Assembly (NCBI GenBank): GCA_965112735.1
Contig: CBCOSG010000002.1
Span: 1-64,000 of the forward strand
DNA: 64,000 bases
Direction of reading: 5' to 3'
DNA from: Phaeosaccion multiseriatum
Lineage: Eukaryota; Protista; Ochrophyta, other classes
This document shows positions 1-9,895 of the stretch, in pieces. The stretch's first letter is position 1, and the number at the start of each line of letters is the position of its first letter. A program made the translations under genes and the position numbers. The notes under the pieces were generated by a model, which saw only the letters and a program-made list of their open reading frames with translations, did not search any database and was not told where the DNA came from.

Positions 1-1650
1 TAAAAAGTTCCAAAATTTGGGCAGAATAATTTTTGTGTACATAATTTATTAAAGTATAAAAAATATTTTTTACATTAGAATCTAGGCTGATATTTGAAAT
101 TTCATTATTAGCCAATTTTTGTAATAATTTTTTAAATTGACTACGGGCTTTAAATTCAGGATTACCTCCTAATAATATATCCGTTCCTCGGCCTGCCATA
201 TTGGTCGAAATAGTTATGGAGTTCAAGCAACCTGCTTGTGCAATAATTTGTGATTCTAATTTAGTAGTTTCGGGTTTAGCATTTAAAAGTTGGTGTGGAA
301 TCTCATACGCGGCCAACAAAAAAGAAAATATCTCAGAATTTTCAATTGTTGTAGTTCCTACAAGAATTGGACGACCTGTTTTATGAATTTCTTTAACTTC
401 TAGACAGATAGCTTTCCATTTACTAAATTGATTAAAATAAATTAAATCTGATAGATCTTTCCGTATAATGGGTCTAAATGTTGGTAAGACGACAACAGCT
501 AAATTATAAGTATTTTCAAATTCAAGTTGCTCAGTTTTAGCTGTTCCAGTCATTCCTGACAATTTAGGATATAAGCGGAATAAATTTTGATATGTAATCG
601 ATGCTAAGGTTTTTGTCTTTTGTAAATTTGTTAATCCTTCTTTTGCTTCAATTGCTTGGTGTAAACCTTCTCCCCATTTTCGTCCTTCCATACTTCTTCC
701 AGTAAATTTATCTATAATAACAACTTCATTATTTTGAACTATATAATCAATATTACGAAGAAATAAGCATTTTGCTCTAATTGCATTTAATATGTAACCG
801 ATCCAAGGATCATTGGTAGTATAAAGATTATCAACTTTCAGTAAAACTTTACTTATATAAAATCCTAATTCTGTTAAACTCGCAGTTTTCGTTTTTTCAT
901 CAAGTTCAAAATGAAGGTTCTCTTTAAACCGTGTTATAAGTTGATCAGCTTTAAAAAATTTATCCAATCTAACTTTGGATAAGGTTGAAATAATTATAGG
1001 TGTTCTGGCTTCATCAATTAGTACTGAGTCAATTTCATCGATAATACAAAAATTGAACCGTCGTTGAGTAATCTCATTCGTTTCTGTTACTAAATTATCT
1101 CTTAGAAAATCAAATCCAATTTCTGTATTAGTAATGTAAGTAATATCACAAAGATAATTTTGTTTCCGTTCAGCTTGTGGCATATTCTCTTTAATTAAGC
1201 CAACCGTTAATCCTAAACATTGATAAATTTTTTGCATCCATTCCATATCCCGCTGTGCTAAATACTCATTTACTGTAATAATATGAACTCCTTCAGTAGA
1301 TAGAGCATTTGTAGCGGCTGGACAACTTGCAACCAAAGTTTTCCCTTCACCAGTTGCCATTTCAGCGATTTTTCCTTCATTAAGAATTAATCCACCAAGT
1401 AATTGAGTATCATAATGTCTTAAGCCTAAAGTTCGTTTAGATGCCTCACGAGTTAAAGCAAAAGTATTAGTAATAATTGAATTTGTAAGTTTGGCATTAT
1501 TTGTCGACATAGTATTTTTTAACAAACCAATCCTTTCCTTAATTTCACTTGGTAAAAGAGTACTAAATTCATTTTCTAGTGCATTAATATTTTGAATAAT
1601 GGGCCGGTAAGTATTCCATAGTTTTTTTTCAGTAGAAAAATGTTGAATCA
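1..1650 (-). CDS. secA: Preprotein translocase SecA, 5' part (IR copy, runs off window)
   Basis: Reverse complement of 14365-16014. Confidence 0.93.
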
Positions 1651-1799
1651 TACTTGTAATTTTTTATAAATATAAAAAGAAAAAAAGACTTTCTAGTAAT
1701 TAAGTAAAGGAAATTAGTCAGAATCGTGAGTCATTTCTATAGATGTTAGTTTGAAAATTATAATAATAAATGTGAGAGGGGGTTTAGTACTCTTTTAAA

Positions 1800-2168
1800 T
1801 TAATAAATACAGTTATAAGCTAATGGACTTTTTAATTTCGATGAAGGACCAGTAAACTCACCTATTATTACATTATTAAATCTTAGTTTTAACCAAGTAA
1901 CAAAATTTTTATTGGTAGAAACAAGAGCAATATTATTCGTTAAACATTCTTTTTTTATTGATTGCAGTTCGGGAAGTTCTAAAAATTGAGGACTTGGTAA
2001 TAACCAGAAATCTAAACGTTTTTCAATTGAGCGATAATATTCTACCCGTTCCCGTAGTACTTCTTCAAAAGGTTCATGAATTAAAAGAAAATTTTGACTC
2101 CCTAAAACAAAATAGTATTGACTTTCCATTTTCATAAATTTTAAATAATGCTTACTTATTATAAGCAT
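1800..2168 (-). CDS. ycf54: Ycf54 (Mg-protoporphyrin monomethyl ester cyclase auxiliary protein)
   Basis: YYFV.GSQ.FL...EP.EEVLRER...DFWL...P.FL and FVTWLKLR motifs; true start may be a downstream ATG. Confidence 0.9.
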   Translation of the reverse strand: MLIISKHYLKFMKMESQYYFVLGSQNFLLIHEPFEEVLRERVEYYRSIEKRLDFWLLPSPQFLELPELQSIKKECLTNNIALVSTNKNFVTWLKLRFNNVIIGEFTGPSSKLKSPLAYNCIY

Positions 2169-2494
2169 TTTTAATCATATTTACCCATTTAATTTATCTT
2201 TTTCTTATTTATTTATTTTTAAGCTTAAACAAAAAATGATTATACTCTGGAGCCTAACTCAATAAAACTTAAAAAAGCAAGACATAGATTTAGTAAATTT
2301 ACTTATTTTATATGTACGGATTTATATTATTTATACTAATATGCAGAATGGTATTATTAAACGTATTAGAAATTGAGTCGAGTTTGGTTAACCTAGTCCT
2401 TCTTTTAAAGTTTGATAAGTAAAAACGCAAATAGATACAATCTCCATATTTTTAATTATTACAATCAACATAAATAAAAAAATAAACGATATTT

Positions 2495-2599
2495 ATGACA
2501 GCAAATTTAATAGCCATAGGAATTGGTATAGCAATTGGGATCTCACCATTACGGGATTCCGCATTCGCAAAATTTTTAATTCTCATTACAGGAGGTTAA
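2495..2599 (+). CDS. 34-aa hydrophobic ORF MTANLIAIGIGIAIGISPLRDSAFAKFLILITGG
   Basis: Hand-translated ATG..TAA; its last codons contain GGAGG ahead of the next ATG. Confidence 0.5.
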   Translation: MTANLIAIGIGIAIGISPLRDSAFAKFLILITGG

Positions 2600-2604
2600 A
2601 AATT

Positions 2605-2909
2605 ATGACAATGTTGCATATAATAGAAAGAGGCATGTAGTAAAAAAAGGCCTGCCTTATCTGTTTCCCATTGGAAGAACAGTAAAGATTGCGCAGACGG
2701 GAATAAATGTGACAAATTCAACAAGTCCTGTAATATTAGCAAAAAATATTACAGTCACTGTTGTTGATTGTTGCTCACCACCACCTGTACGGTTAGCGGC
2801 GCATTGTATTGGAGCGGAGGCTATTATTGCAGCCTCGGTTGTAAATCCGAATCCAATTACATTTGGGTCCGCTATGCATATGCTCGCAGAAATTTATGAA
2901 AAATGTTAA
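2605..2909 (+). pseudogene. ~100-aa hypothetical protein (…NSTSPVILAKNITVTVVDCCSPPPVRLAAHC…), apparently frameshifted near its 5' end
   Basis: SD GGAGG 2591-2595 then ATG 2605, which stops at 2640. The frame of track ORF 2709-2909 is open back to 2580, and one added base would join the two. Confidence 0.45.
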
Positions 2910-2952
2910 TTAACTTAAATTATATTAATTAATATTTTTCATAAATTTCTGC
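2886..2952. terminator. 28-bp stem-loop overlapping the ORF stop
   Basis: gcagaaatttatgaaaaatgttaattaa pairs with ttaattaatatttttcataaatttctgc (one G-U). Confidence 0.7.
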
Positions 2953-3361
2953 TAGATACTCTCAGGCGTACTGGTGCGGATCCCCCTGCCAGGCAAAATT
3001 GTCTGCATCTCATCGCTAAAGGCTATTTCCTATGGGTGTATGAGCATAAGGGATCTATGCAATGCCCAACCTAAAAATCTATTATGTTAGATTCTAGGTT
3101 AGCATTTTCGCATTATGTTAGGCAGGTAATTAGAACTCTGCTATTTACACAAAGTTTAATCCTGTCTGCTTTTTTCGGCGTCATTACTCGTGTGTATTTA
3201 AACGGCACTATTGTGTAAATAAGTCTTGTAAATTAATACATTATTTAAAAATTCAATTTTTAAAAAATCATTAAAGCAAATAAATATAATAAATTTATTT
3301 ACTTTAATTTTATATATTAGGATTTTTTATATAGTTAGAGAGTTATTAATAGAAAAAATAG

Positions 3362-3433
3362 TCCTCAGTAGCTCAGTGGTAGAGCAATCGGCTGTTAACC
3401 GATTGGTCGTAGGTTCAAATCCTACCTGGGGAG
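3362..3433 (+). tRNA. trnN: tRNA-Asn(GUU)
   Basis: Cloverleaf TCCTCAGTAGCTCAG...CTGTTAA...GGTTCAAATCC. Confidence 0.96.
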
Positions 3434-3500
3434 TTTATAGAAATTATAATTTATTTATTAATGTTGTAGAATTTAGATAAATATTAATAAATAAATTTTC

Positions 3501-4307
3501 ATGGTTTTAACAAATAAATTAATAATTGGGAACAAAGCTTTTGATTCACGTTTAATGTTAGGGACTGGAAAATATAAAGATTTAAAAGAAACAAAAGAGA
3601 GTATTTTACAAAGTAAATGTGAGATTATTACAGTTGCAGTTCGTCGACTTGATTTACAAGGTATAGAAAAAAACTCAAATTTAATTAACTCTTTAAATTG
3701 GGATAAATTATGGCTACTTCCAAATACTGCAGGGGCAAAAACTGCTGAAGAAGCTATTAGATTAGGATTTTTAGGGAGAGAGATTGCTAAAAAAATTGGT
3801 CAAGTGGATAATAATTTTGTGAAACTTGAAGTTATTTCTGATTCTAAATATTTATTACCTGATCCAATTGGGACTATTAAGGCAGCAAAATTTTTAATCA
3901 AGAAAGGATTTACAGTTTTACCGTATATTAATGCTGACCCTATGTTGGCTCAACACTTGGAGGATATTGGTTGCTCTACTATTATGCCTTTAGGCTCACC
4001 CATTGGTTCGGGACAAGGAATTAAAAATTTAACAAATATTAAAATTATTATCGAAAATGCCAGTATACCTGTTATAATTGATGCTGGAATAGGAAGCCCT
4101 AGTGAAGCTGCGCTAGCTATGGAGATTGGTGCTGATGGGGTACTAGTAAATACTTCAATAGCCAAATCTAATAACCCAACTCTAATGGCAAAAGCGATGA
4201 AAAATGCAGTAAAGGCTGGGTACCAGGGTTATTTAGCTGGTTGTATTAAATCTGAACCTTTTGCACAAGCAAGTTCTCCTATTTATGGAAGTAGCTTTTT
4301 AAATTAA
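3501..4307 (+). CDS. thiG: Thiazole synthase ThiG
   Basis: [41 protein letters not shown] motifs. Confidence 0.97.
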   Translation: MVLTNKLIIGNKAFDSRLMLGTGKYKDLKETKESILQSKCEIITVAVRRLDLQGIEKNSNLINSLNWDKLWLLPNTAGAKTAEEAIRLGFLGREIAKKIGQVDNNFVKLEVISDSKYLLPDPIGTIKAAKFLIKKGFTVLPYINADPMLAQHLEDIGCSTIMPLGSPIGSGQGIKNLTNIKIIIENASIPVIIDAGIGSPSEAALAMEIGADGVLVNTSIAKSNNPTLMAKAMKNAVKAGYQGYLAGCIKSEPFAQASSPIYGSSFLN

Positions 4308-4383
4308 AAAAGAATATAGTACTTCTAGGATATTAAGTTATAAGATTTTACTTTTATATTCAAATAAATTCTGGAGATAAGAA

Positions 4384-4629
4384 ATGTCACATGGTGTAAA
4401 AATATACGATACTTGTATTGGATGCACTCAATGTGTTCGAGCTTGTCCAACCGATGTTTTAGAAATGGTGGAATGGGAAGGTTGTCGAGCATCACAAATG
4501 GCTTCTGCACCACGGACAGAAGATTGTGTTGGTTGTAAGCGTTGTGAATCAGCTTGCCCTACTGATTTTTTAAGTATTCGAGTTTATTTAGGTGGAGAAA
4601 CAACTCGTAGTATGGGCTTAGCTTATTAA
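4384..4629 (+). CDS. psaC: Photosystem I iron-sulfur centre PsaC
   Basis: Two CxxCxxCxxxCP motifs; [10 protein letters not shown]. Confidence 0.99.
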   Translation: MSHGVKIYDTCIGCTQCVRACPTDVLEMVEWEGCRASQMASAPRTEDCVGCKRCESACPTDFLSIRVYLGGETTRSMGLAY

Positions 4630-4720
4630 ATTTTTTTCATTAAAGTAAGAACATTCTTTCTTTATAGGATAATAGATAGCTATCATGATAATAGCTAAAT
4701 TCCAATCAATTAATTTATAA

Positions 4721-5644
4721 CTATAAAACCCAACCGTAACTATGTAATCCTTGTCCTAAAAAATTTACTCCTAGGTAACATACCCAAACTACAAAAAAAC
4801 CTAAAGCAGCCAATGCTGCAGGGGCTTCTCCAGTCCATCCTTTAATAATTCGAGCGTGTAAATACGCAGCAAAAATTAACCATGTGATTAAAGCCCAAGT
4901 TTCTTTTGGATCCCAACTCCAATATGAACCCCAAGCCTCGTTAGCCCAAACCGCTCCTGCAATAATGCCTATAGTTAGGCATGGAAAACCAAAACTGATA
5001 ATACGGTAACTTAAACTATCTAAATTAGTTAATAATTTCTTTTTAGAAGAATGCTCAGTAAAAGTAGAGGTTAAATACACTTCCGTAGCTTGAAGTAAAT
5101 TAGATTTTTTTAATGGAATTAATTTTACAGATTTTCTATTTAATTTCTTATTCCGTAAAATTAAAAATAAAATCGATAACAAAGAACCAGTTATTAATGT
5201 TCCGTAACTTAACATCATTAAACTAACATGCATCATTAACCAATTTGATTGGAGTGCTGGGACTAAAGGGCTAGCTTTTTGCAGCTCTAATGGTAATGTA
5301 AAACTAGCAAAAGTATTAATTAATAATACAACGGGAAGAATAATTGCTCCAATTATTTTATTTTGAGCATTTTTCTCTAATACTATTTGTAAAAACAATA
5401 AAATACATGATAAAAATATTAATGATTCATAAAGATTACTTAGGGGAAAATATCCATGAAGAACCCAACGACTTCCCAAAAAAATTGATAAAATGAGTGC
5501 AGCAATTTTTGAAGTAATATTTCCTAATCGGTATAGAGAATGAAAATTAGAAAAAACTAAATGAATCCAGTAAGATAACATTGCAGAGAATAAACAAACG
5601 AAGCTTATATTTATAAATAAATTTTGGTAATTATCGAATAACAT
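4721..5644 (-). CDS. ccsA: Cytochrome c biogenesis protein CcsA
   Basis: WANEAWGSYWSWDPKETWA, LVPALQSNWLMMHV. Confidence 0.98.
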   Translation of the reverse strand: MLFDNYQNLFINISFVCLFSAMLSYWIHLVFSNFHSLYRLGNITSKIAALILSIFLGSRWVLHGYFPLSNLYESLIFLSCILLFLQIVLEKNAQNKIIGAIILPVVLLINTFASFTLPLELQKASPLVPALQSNWLMMHVSLMMLSYGTLITGSLLSILFLILRNKKLNRKSVKLIPLKKSNLLQATEVYLTSTFTEHSSKKKLLTNLDSLSYRIISFGFPCLTIGIIAGAVWANEAWGSYWSWDPKETWALITWLIFAAYLHARIIKGWTGEAPAALAALGFFVVWVCYLGVNFLGQGLHSYGWVL

Positions 5645-6119
5645 ATGTACAAATTTTATTAATTACTATATTCTATATTATATCATATAATGTACACTAT
5701 AGTAATTAGTAGAAAAAAATAATATGTCTTACGAAAATAAAAAACTAATTACAATATTGCAACAAGGGTTAAAAATTCGAGAAAATATAAAATATAATTA
5801 TTACCTGATCACTGCAAACGGAGGACTGGGACGAATAATTTATAAAGAATAAAAAAAACTGTATCGAATTAAATACATTCTGTATAATCAGTCAAATTTA
5901 ATAGCTTTTGGGAAGTTCTACTTAATAAGTTTAAATTGAGCTGGATCTAAACAACAAACTTATCAATATGTTTTAAATAAAAAGGAAAGGTAAGAGAAAA
6001 TGAAAAGACTTTGTGATTAGACAAATAAACTCACTTTATAATTTAAACTATGGACAATATAAGGCTTTTAGTATTATTATATATAGGGGAATTTTAGATT
6101 TATCAACAGAGTTTTTCTT

Positions 6120-6434
6120 ATGAAATATGCTATCATTGAAGCTAGTGGGAAACAATTTTGGGCCGAATCTGGTAGGTTTATTGAATTAAACCACATACAA
6201 CAAGAATCTGGAACCCAACTTTTATTTAACCGAATTTTATTTGCCCGAAATCACGACTCTGTATTTATTGGACAGCCTTATCTAGAGAAAATAAAAATAG
6301 AAGCAGTGGTAGATAGCAATATTTTAGGTCCAAAAATTATGGTTTATAAAATGAAACCGAAAAAAAAATACAGAAAAAAAATTGGTTATCGTCAAAAATT
6401 AACACGAATATTTATTGAAACAATTATATATTAA
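6120..6434 (+). CDS. rpl21: 50S ribosomal protein L21
   Basis: MKYAIIEASGKQ...YKMKPKKKYRKK.G.RQ. Confidence 0.97.
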   Translation: MKYAIIEASGKQFWAESGRFIELNHIQQESGTQLLFNRILFARNHDSVFIGQPYLEKIKIEAVVDSNILGPKIMVYKMKPKKKYRKKIGYRQKLTRIFIETIIY

Positions 6435-6445
6435 AAAAAAACAAT

Positions 6446-6720
6446 ATGGCACATAAGGACTTTAAAGGAGCCGGTAGAAAGCAATAAAAGTTTCAGGTTT
6501 CCGTGCATTCAAAATCTAAACGTTTACCGGGTAAAATGTTACCAGAAACGTCATAAAGTAAAAATTGGGAATATTAACTATAAGTCAAAGACAATAGAGG
6601 TTTAACTATTAAACCTGGCCAAAATGTTTGGTGTTGGCAAATTATTTTACATTACTTATGCTTTAAAAGCAGGTGTAACGATGTACCGAAAAACAAAAAC
6701 AAAAACAATTAATCTATTAT
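6446..6720 (+). other. rpl27: 50S ribosomal protein L27, sequence scrambled in this assembly (end approximate)
   Basis: Out-of-frame fragments MAHK, GAG, SKSKRL, VKCY, HKVKIGNI, KPGQNV, YALKAG in correct order directly after rpl21. Confidence 0.8.
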
Positions 6721-7079
6721 TTTATAAATTTAAACTGCTTTATGATAGAAAATAATACTGAAAATAATACCATAGAAAAGTTGTATCCTGATCAACATCT
6801 ATGAGCTCTAAACTAAATCTTATAATACCAGAAAGTGCTATCAATTAATAATCTTAAAAAATGGGACCTAGATACAACACTTTGATTCAGTACGTTGCTA
6901 GTACCTATGGACTAAAATTGATAAGTTGGAGCAATAAGACTTCAATTGCAGAATCATTAAAACAACTCGTAGAGACTTATTTAGATAATGAAGATGTTAC
7001 ACCTGAAGAAACTTTATTCGTAGAACAAGTGAAATAAGTGTATCCGGACATAGTATATTTTGGAAATTAAATCTTATTG

Positions 7080-7860
7080 TAAAAGATATTTTAAAGTTAA
7101 CTCTTCAGTTTTGTATCTATTGTCAACATTGGGTCTCACAGTTTTTACTATTATTATGGGGATTCTTAGTGTAGCTTTAATGGTGCAAATATAGTATCAT
7201 ATAAGTATTATTATGGAGATTAGGGTCTATTATTATCGGAAAGCTTTTTATTATAATTATTATACAAAAATATATAGGTAAACTGAAATTTATCATACTC
7301 AAAGTATTACTAGACTAGACTTATTCAGCACCTATTGGGGTATTTATTTCCCTTCATAGAAGGACTGTGATGCTTTTCATTATAGTGATGACACCCCAAT
7401 TAGGTTATCTTCAATTCTAATGTTTCCACCTTATTAGCAGGAAAACTTGTTTAGAAAGTGGATACCAAATGACTAGGTGGTTAATAAACTGGTACTTTTT
7501 ACCTGGTTTAACTAATTTATGGTGCATTTATAAGAAAGAAATTCCCAGAATCTCGACTCAATCCGATATCATTTTATGTACGGATTATTTATTAGTAATT
7601 TCTTTCGAATCTTGTTTTACCAATAATTTTACCCAAGTTGGTTACCACCTATTATGAGAATACTTGGTGATATTAATAAACTTATAAGTTTTAGTGTAGT
7701 AAGGTATGACGCGTTTTATTATGGTATATTGGGCCTGGAGTTTTTCATGCTTTAACAGGAACATATGTAGGCCAACCCTTCTTTAAGGGATTAATATTGA
7801 AATACATCTAATGGATCGTGATTTGATCAAATGGGAAGACGATTTTAAATGGTGGGATAG
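7080..7860 (+). other. Probable Tic20-like Ycf60 gene, scrambled (approximate limits)
   Basis: Reconstructed fragments such as RLFST.GYLFPFIEGL and FHALTGTYVGQPFF resemble Tic20/Ycf60; frames broken. Confidence 0.4.
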
Positions 7861-7949
7861 AAGGTAGTAAATATTTATTATTTAATACGACTTTCAAATA
7901 AATTAAAATTTTATTTGAAAGGTTTATCTGAGTTAAGAATAACTATTTT

Positions 7950-9340
7950 CTGATTTTTCTCATTTAGAAACTTCAAATTTGATTTTTGCTCTATTAGTTT
8001 TCCCCCATAGAGCAACAATCAAATTTGAACTTTCTAAAAGCCATAATTCAGAAAATAGTTAATCTTAACTTAGATAAACCTTGCTAATAAAATTTCAATT
8101 TAAATAAAAATCCAGTATAAATAACAGTTATTCCTTGGGTCCCACACTTAAATTTGTCAGCCCAGTTGATAAAATCAATATCCATTAGTTGTAATGAATC
8201 TAATATTATCCCTGAAGAAGATATTGTCATTGATATGTTCCTATTAGATATGAAAATTTCCAGTCTCAGTATACCATAATGAATCTCGTCAGAATTTACT
8301 ACACTAAAACTTATAAATTCCTTTTTGTCACCAAGTATTCTCATGGTGGGTGGTAACCAACTTAACCAAAATTTTTGATCCTGTAAGTTTCGACCGAACT
8401 GGCTAATTGTAGAATCCCCTTATTTTTAATAGTATTTGATTCTAATGCCGGTCATTCCCCCAATTTCTGTTCTGATAAATGCAGTTAAACCATTAGAATA
8501 GGTAAATGGTTTAGCATAACCAGATAGTCATTTGAAATCCATTTTCTTTACAAGTTTTCCTGCTAATAAGGTGGAAATATTAGAATTGAAAATTGCCGGA
8601 TTTTTTTTTCTTTACTATAATGATACCCATCAAAGTCATTTATGAACGAAATGCTTGTTGTTGAATATATGCTGAATTACCTAGTTTAGTAATATTTTGA
8701 GTATGAAAAATTTCAGTTTTTGGTATAAATTCCTGTGCATTAATTATCCATTAATAGCTTACCGATAATACTAGACCTAAAATACATAATAATACTTAGA
8801 TGATACTATAATCGGACCAATAACGCTACAATCAGAATCCCCATTATAATAGCATACACTTGTTAGAGATTGTTGAATATATAGAATACTGAAGAGTTAT
8901 CATTAAAATATCTTTTACAATAAGATTTAAATTCCAAAATATACTATGTCCGAATACACTTATTTCACTTGAATAATAATAAAGTTTCTTAAATTGTAAC
9001 AGCTTTTTTATAAAAATAAGTATCTACGAGCAAATTTTAAAGATTCTGTAATTGTTGTAAAAAAGCTACAACTTATTAAACATAGTCCAAATATAACTAA
9101 CAACAAAAAAAACCATAGAGTGTTGTATATATGGTTTAATCCAAAATAAGATTACCAATTAGATAGCAATTTCTAAATTGAAAAAAAATATATTTTTAGA
9201 GCTCATATTTCTTGATAAAAGTCTACAACTTTTCTATGTTCAATAATTGATCCCATTATGCACTATCATAAAAGCAATTAATAATAATAAAAAAATAGAT
9301 TAATTGTAAGTTGGCAAAATTTTTCAGAAATTTTTTTACA
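7950..9340 (-). other. ccs1: Cytochrome c biogenesis protein Ccs1 (Ycf44), scrambled (approximate limits)
   Basis: Ordered fragments GLNHIYT..WFFLLLVIFGLCLISCSFLQQL.SLKFARRY, GPIIV.LSII, KPFTY.NGLT.YQ, GITVIYTGFLF, GKTNRAKIKFE. Confidence 0.8.
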
Positions 9341-9419
9341 CATAATATTAACGCATAAGTAAAGTTATATAATTTATAAAATTAAACATTTTAAAAGAGG
9401 TTAATTTTTTAACCTCTTA

Positions 9420-9569
9420 TTTCTTTGACTTATAGTTAATTTTTTTCTATTTTTTTGCCGACGTTTCTTAATTATATTTTTGCCGGTTTTTGTTCCCATT
9501 TTTGAATCACGGAAACCTGAAACTTTTATTGCTTTCAATTTTGTTCCACCTAAAGTCCTTATGTGCCAT
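9420..9569 (-). other. rpl34: 50S ribosomal protein L34, scrambled (end approximate)
   Basis: Fragments RTLGGTKLKAIKVSGFR and KMGTKTGKNIIKKRRQKNRKKLTIS. Confidence 0.8.
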
Positions 9570-9580
9570 ATTGTTTTTTT

Positions 9581-9895
9581 TTAATATATAATTGTTTCAA
9601 TAAATATTCGTGTTAATTTTTGACGATAACCAATTTTTTTTCTGTATTTTTTTTTCGGTTTCATTTTATAAACCATAATTTTTGGACCTAAAATATTGCT
9701 ATCTACCACTGCTTCTATTTTTATTTTCTCTAGATAAGGCTGTCCAATAAATACAGAGTCGTGATTTCGGGCAAATAAAATTCGGTTAAATAAAAGTTGG
9801 GTTCCAGATTCTTGTTGTATGTGGTTTAATTCAATAAACCTACCAGATTCGGCCCAAAATTGTTTCCCACTAGCTTCAATGATAGCATATTTCAT
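9581..9895 (-). CDS. rpl21: 50S ribosomal protein L21 (IR copy)
   Basis: Identical to 6120-6434. Confidence 0.97.
   Translation of the reverse strand: MKYAIIEASGKQFWAESGRFIELNHIQQESGTQLLFNRILFARNHDSVFIGQPYLEKIKIEAVVDSNILGPKIMVYKMKPKKKYRKKIGYRQKLTRIFIETIIY

Larger units (their letters stand above)
2331..3240. mobile_element. Putative plasmid/mobile-element-derived relic cassette in the IR
   Basis: GC-richer non-housekeeping segment between ycf54 and trnN with small ORFs, a strong SD, broken frames and many hairpins; no recombinase seen. Confidence 0.4.
1..6464. repeat. Plastid inverted repeat, left arm (runs off window start)
   Basis: Reverse complement of 9551-16014. Mirrored ORFs are identical and their coordinates sum to 16015. 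Identity stops after ...atggcacataaggacttta. Confidence 0.95.

Noticed and set aside
2953-3240. TPP riboswitch for thiG, cobalamin riboswitch, tmRNA, RNase P RNA or group II intron
   Set aside because: Only isolated words (CTGAGA on the strand opposite thiG, GTGCG) are present; the remaining consensus elements, including intron domain V, are missing
3501-4307. thiG lacking an adjacent thiS as a pathway anomaly
   Set aside because: thiS may lie elsewhere in the genome outside this window; absence cannot be judged
7900-8120. Covalently closed hairpin telomere of a linear plastid chromosome at the palindrome centre
   Set aside because: The two halves of the centre are dominated by different genes (rpl27/Tic20-like versus rpl34/ccs1); a fold-back would give the same genes on both sides
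7469-8344. Track ORFs 7469-7657 (+) and 8084-8344 (-) as real proteins
   Set aside because: They are chimeric translations of the mixed consensus
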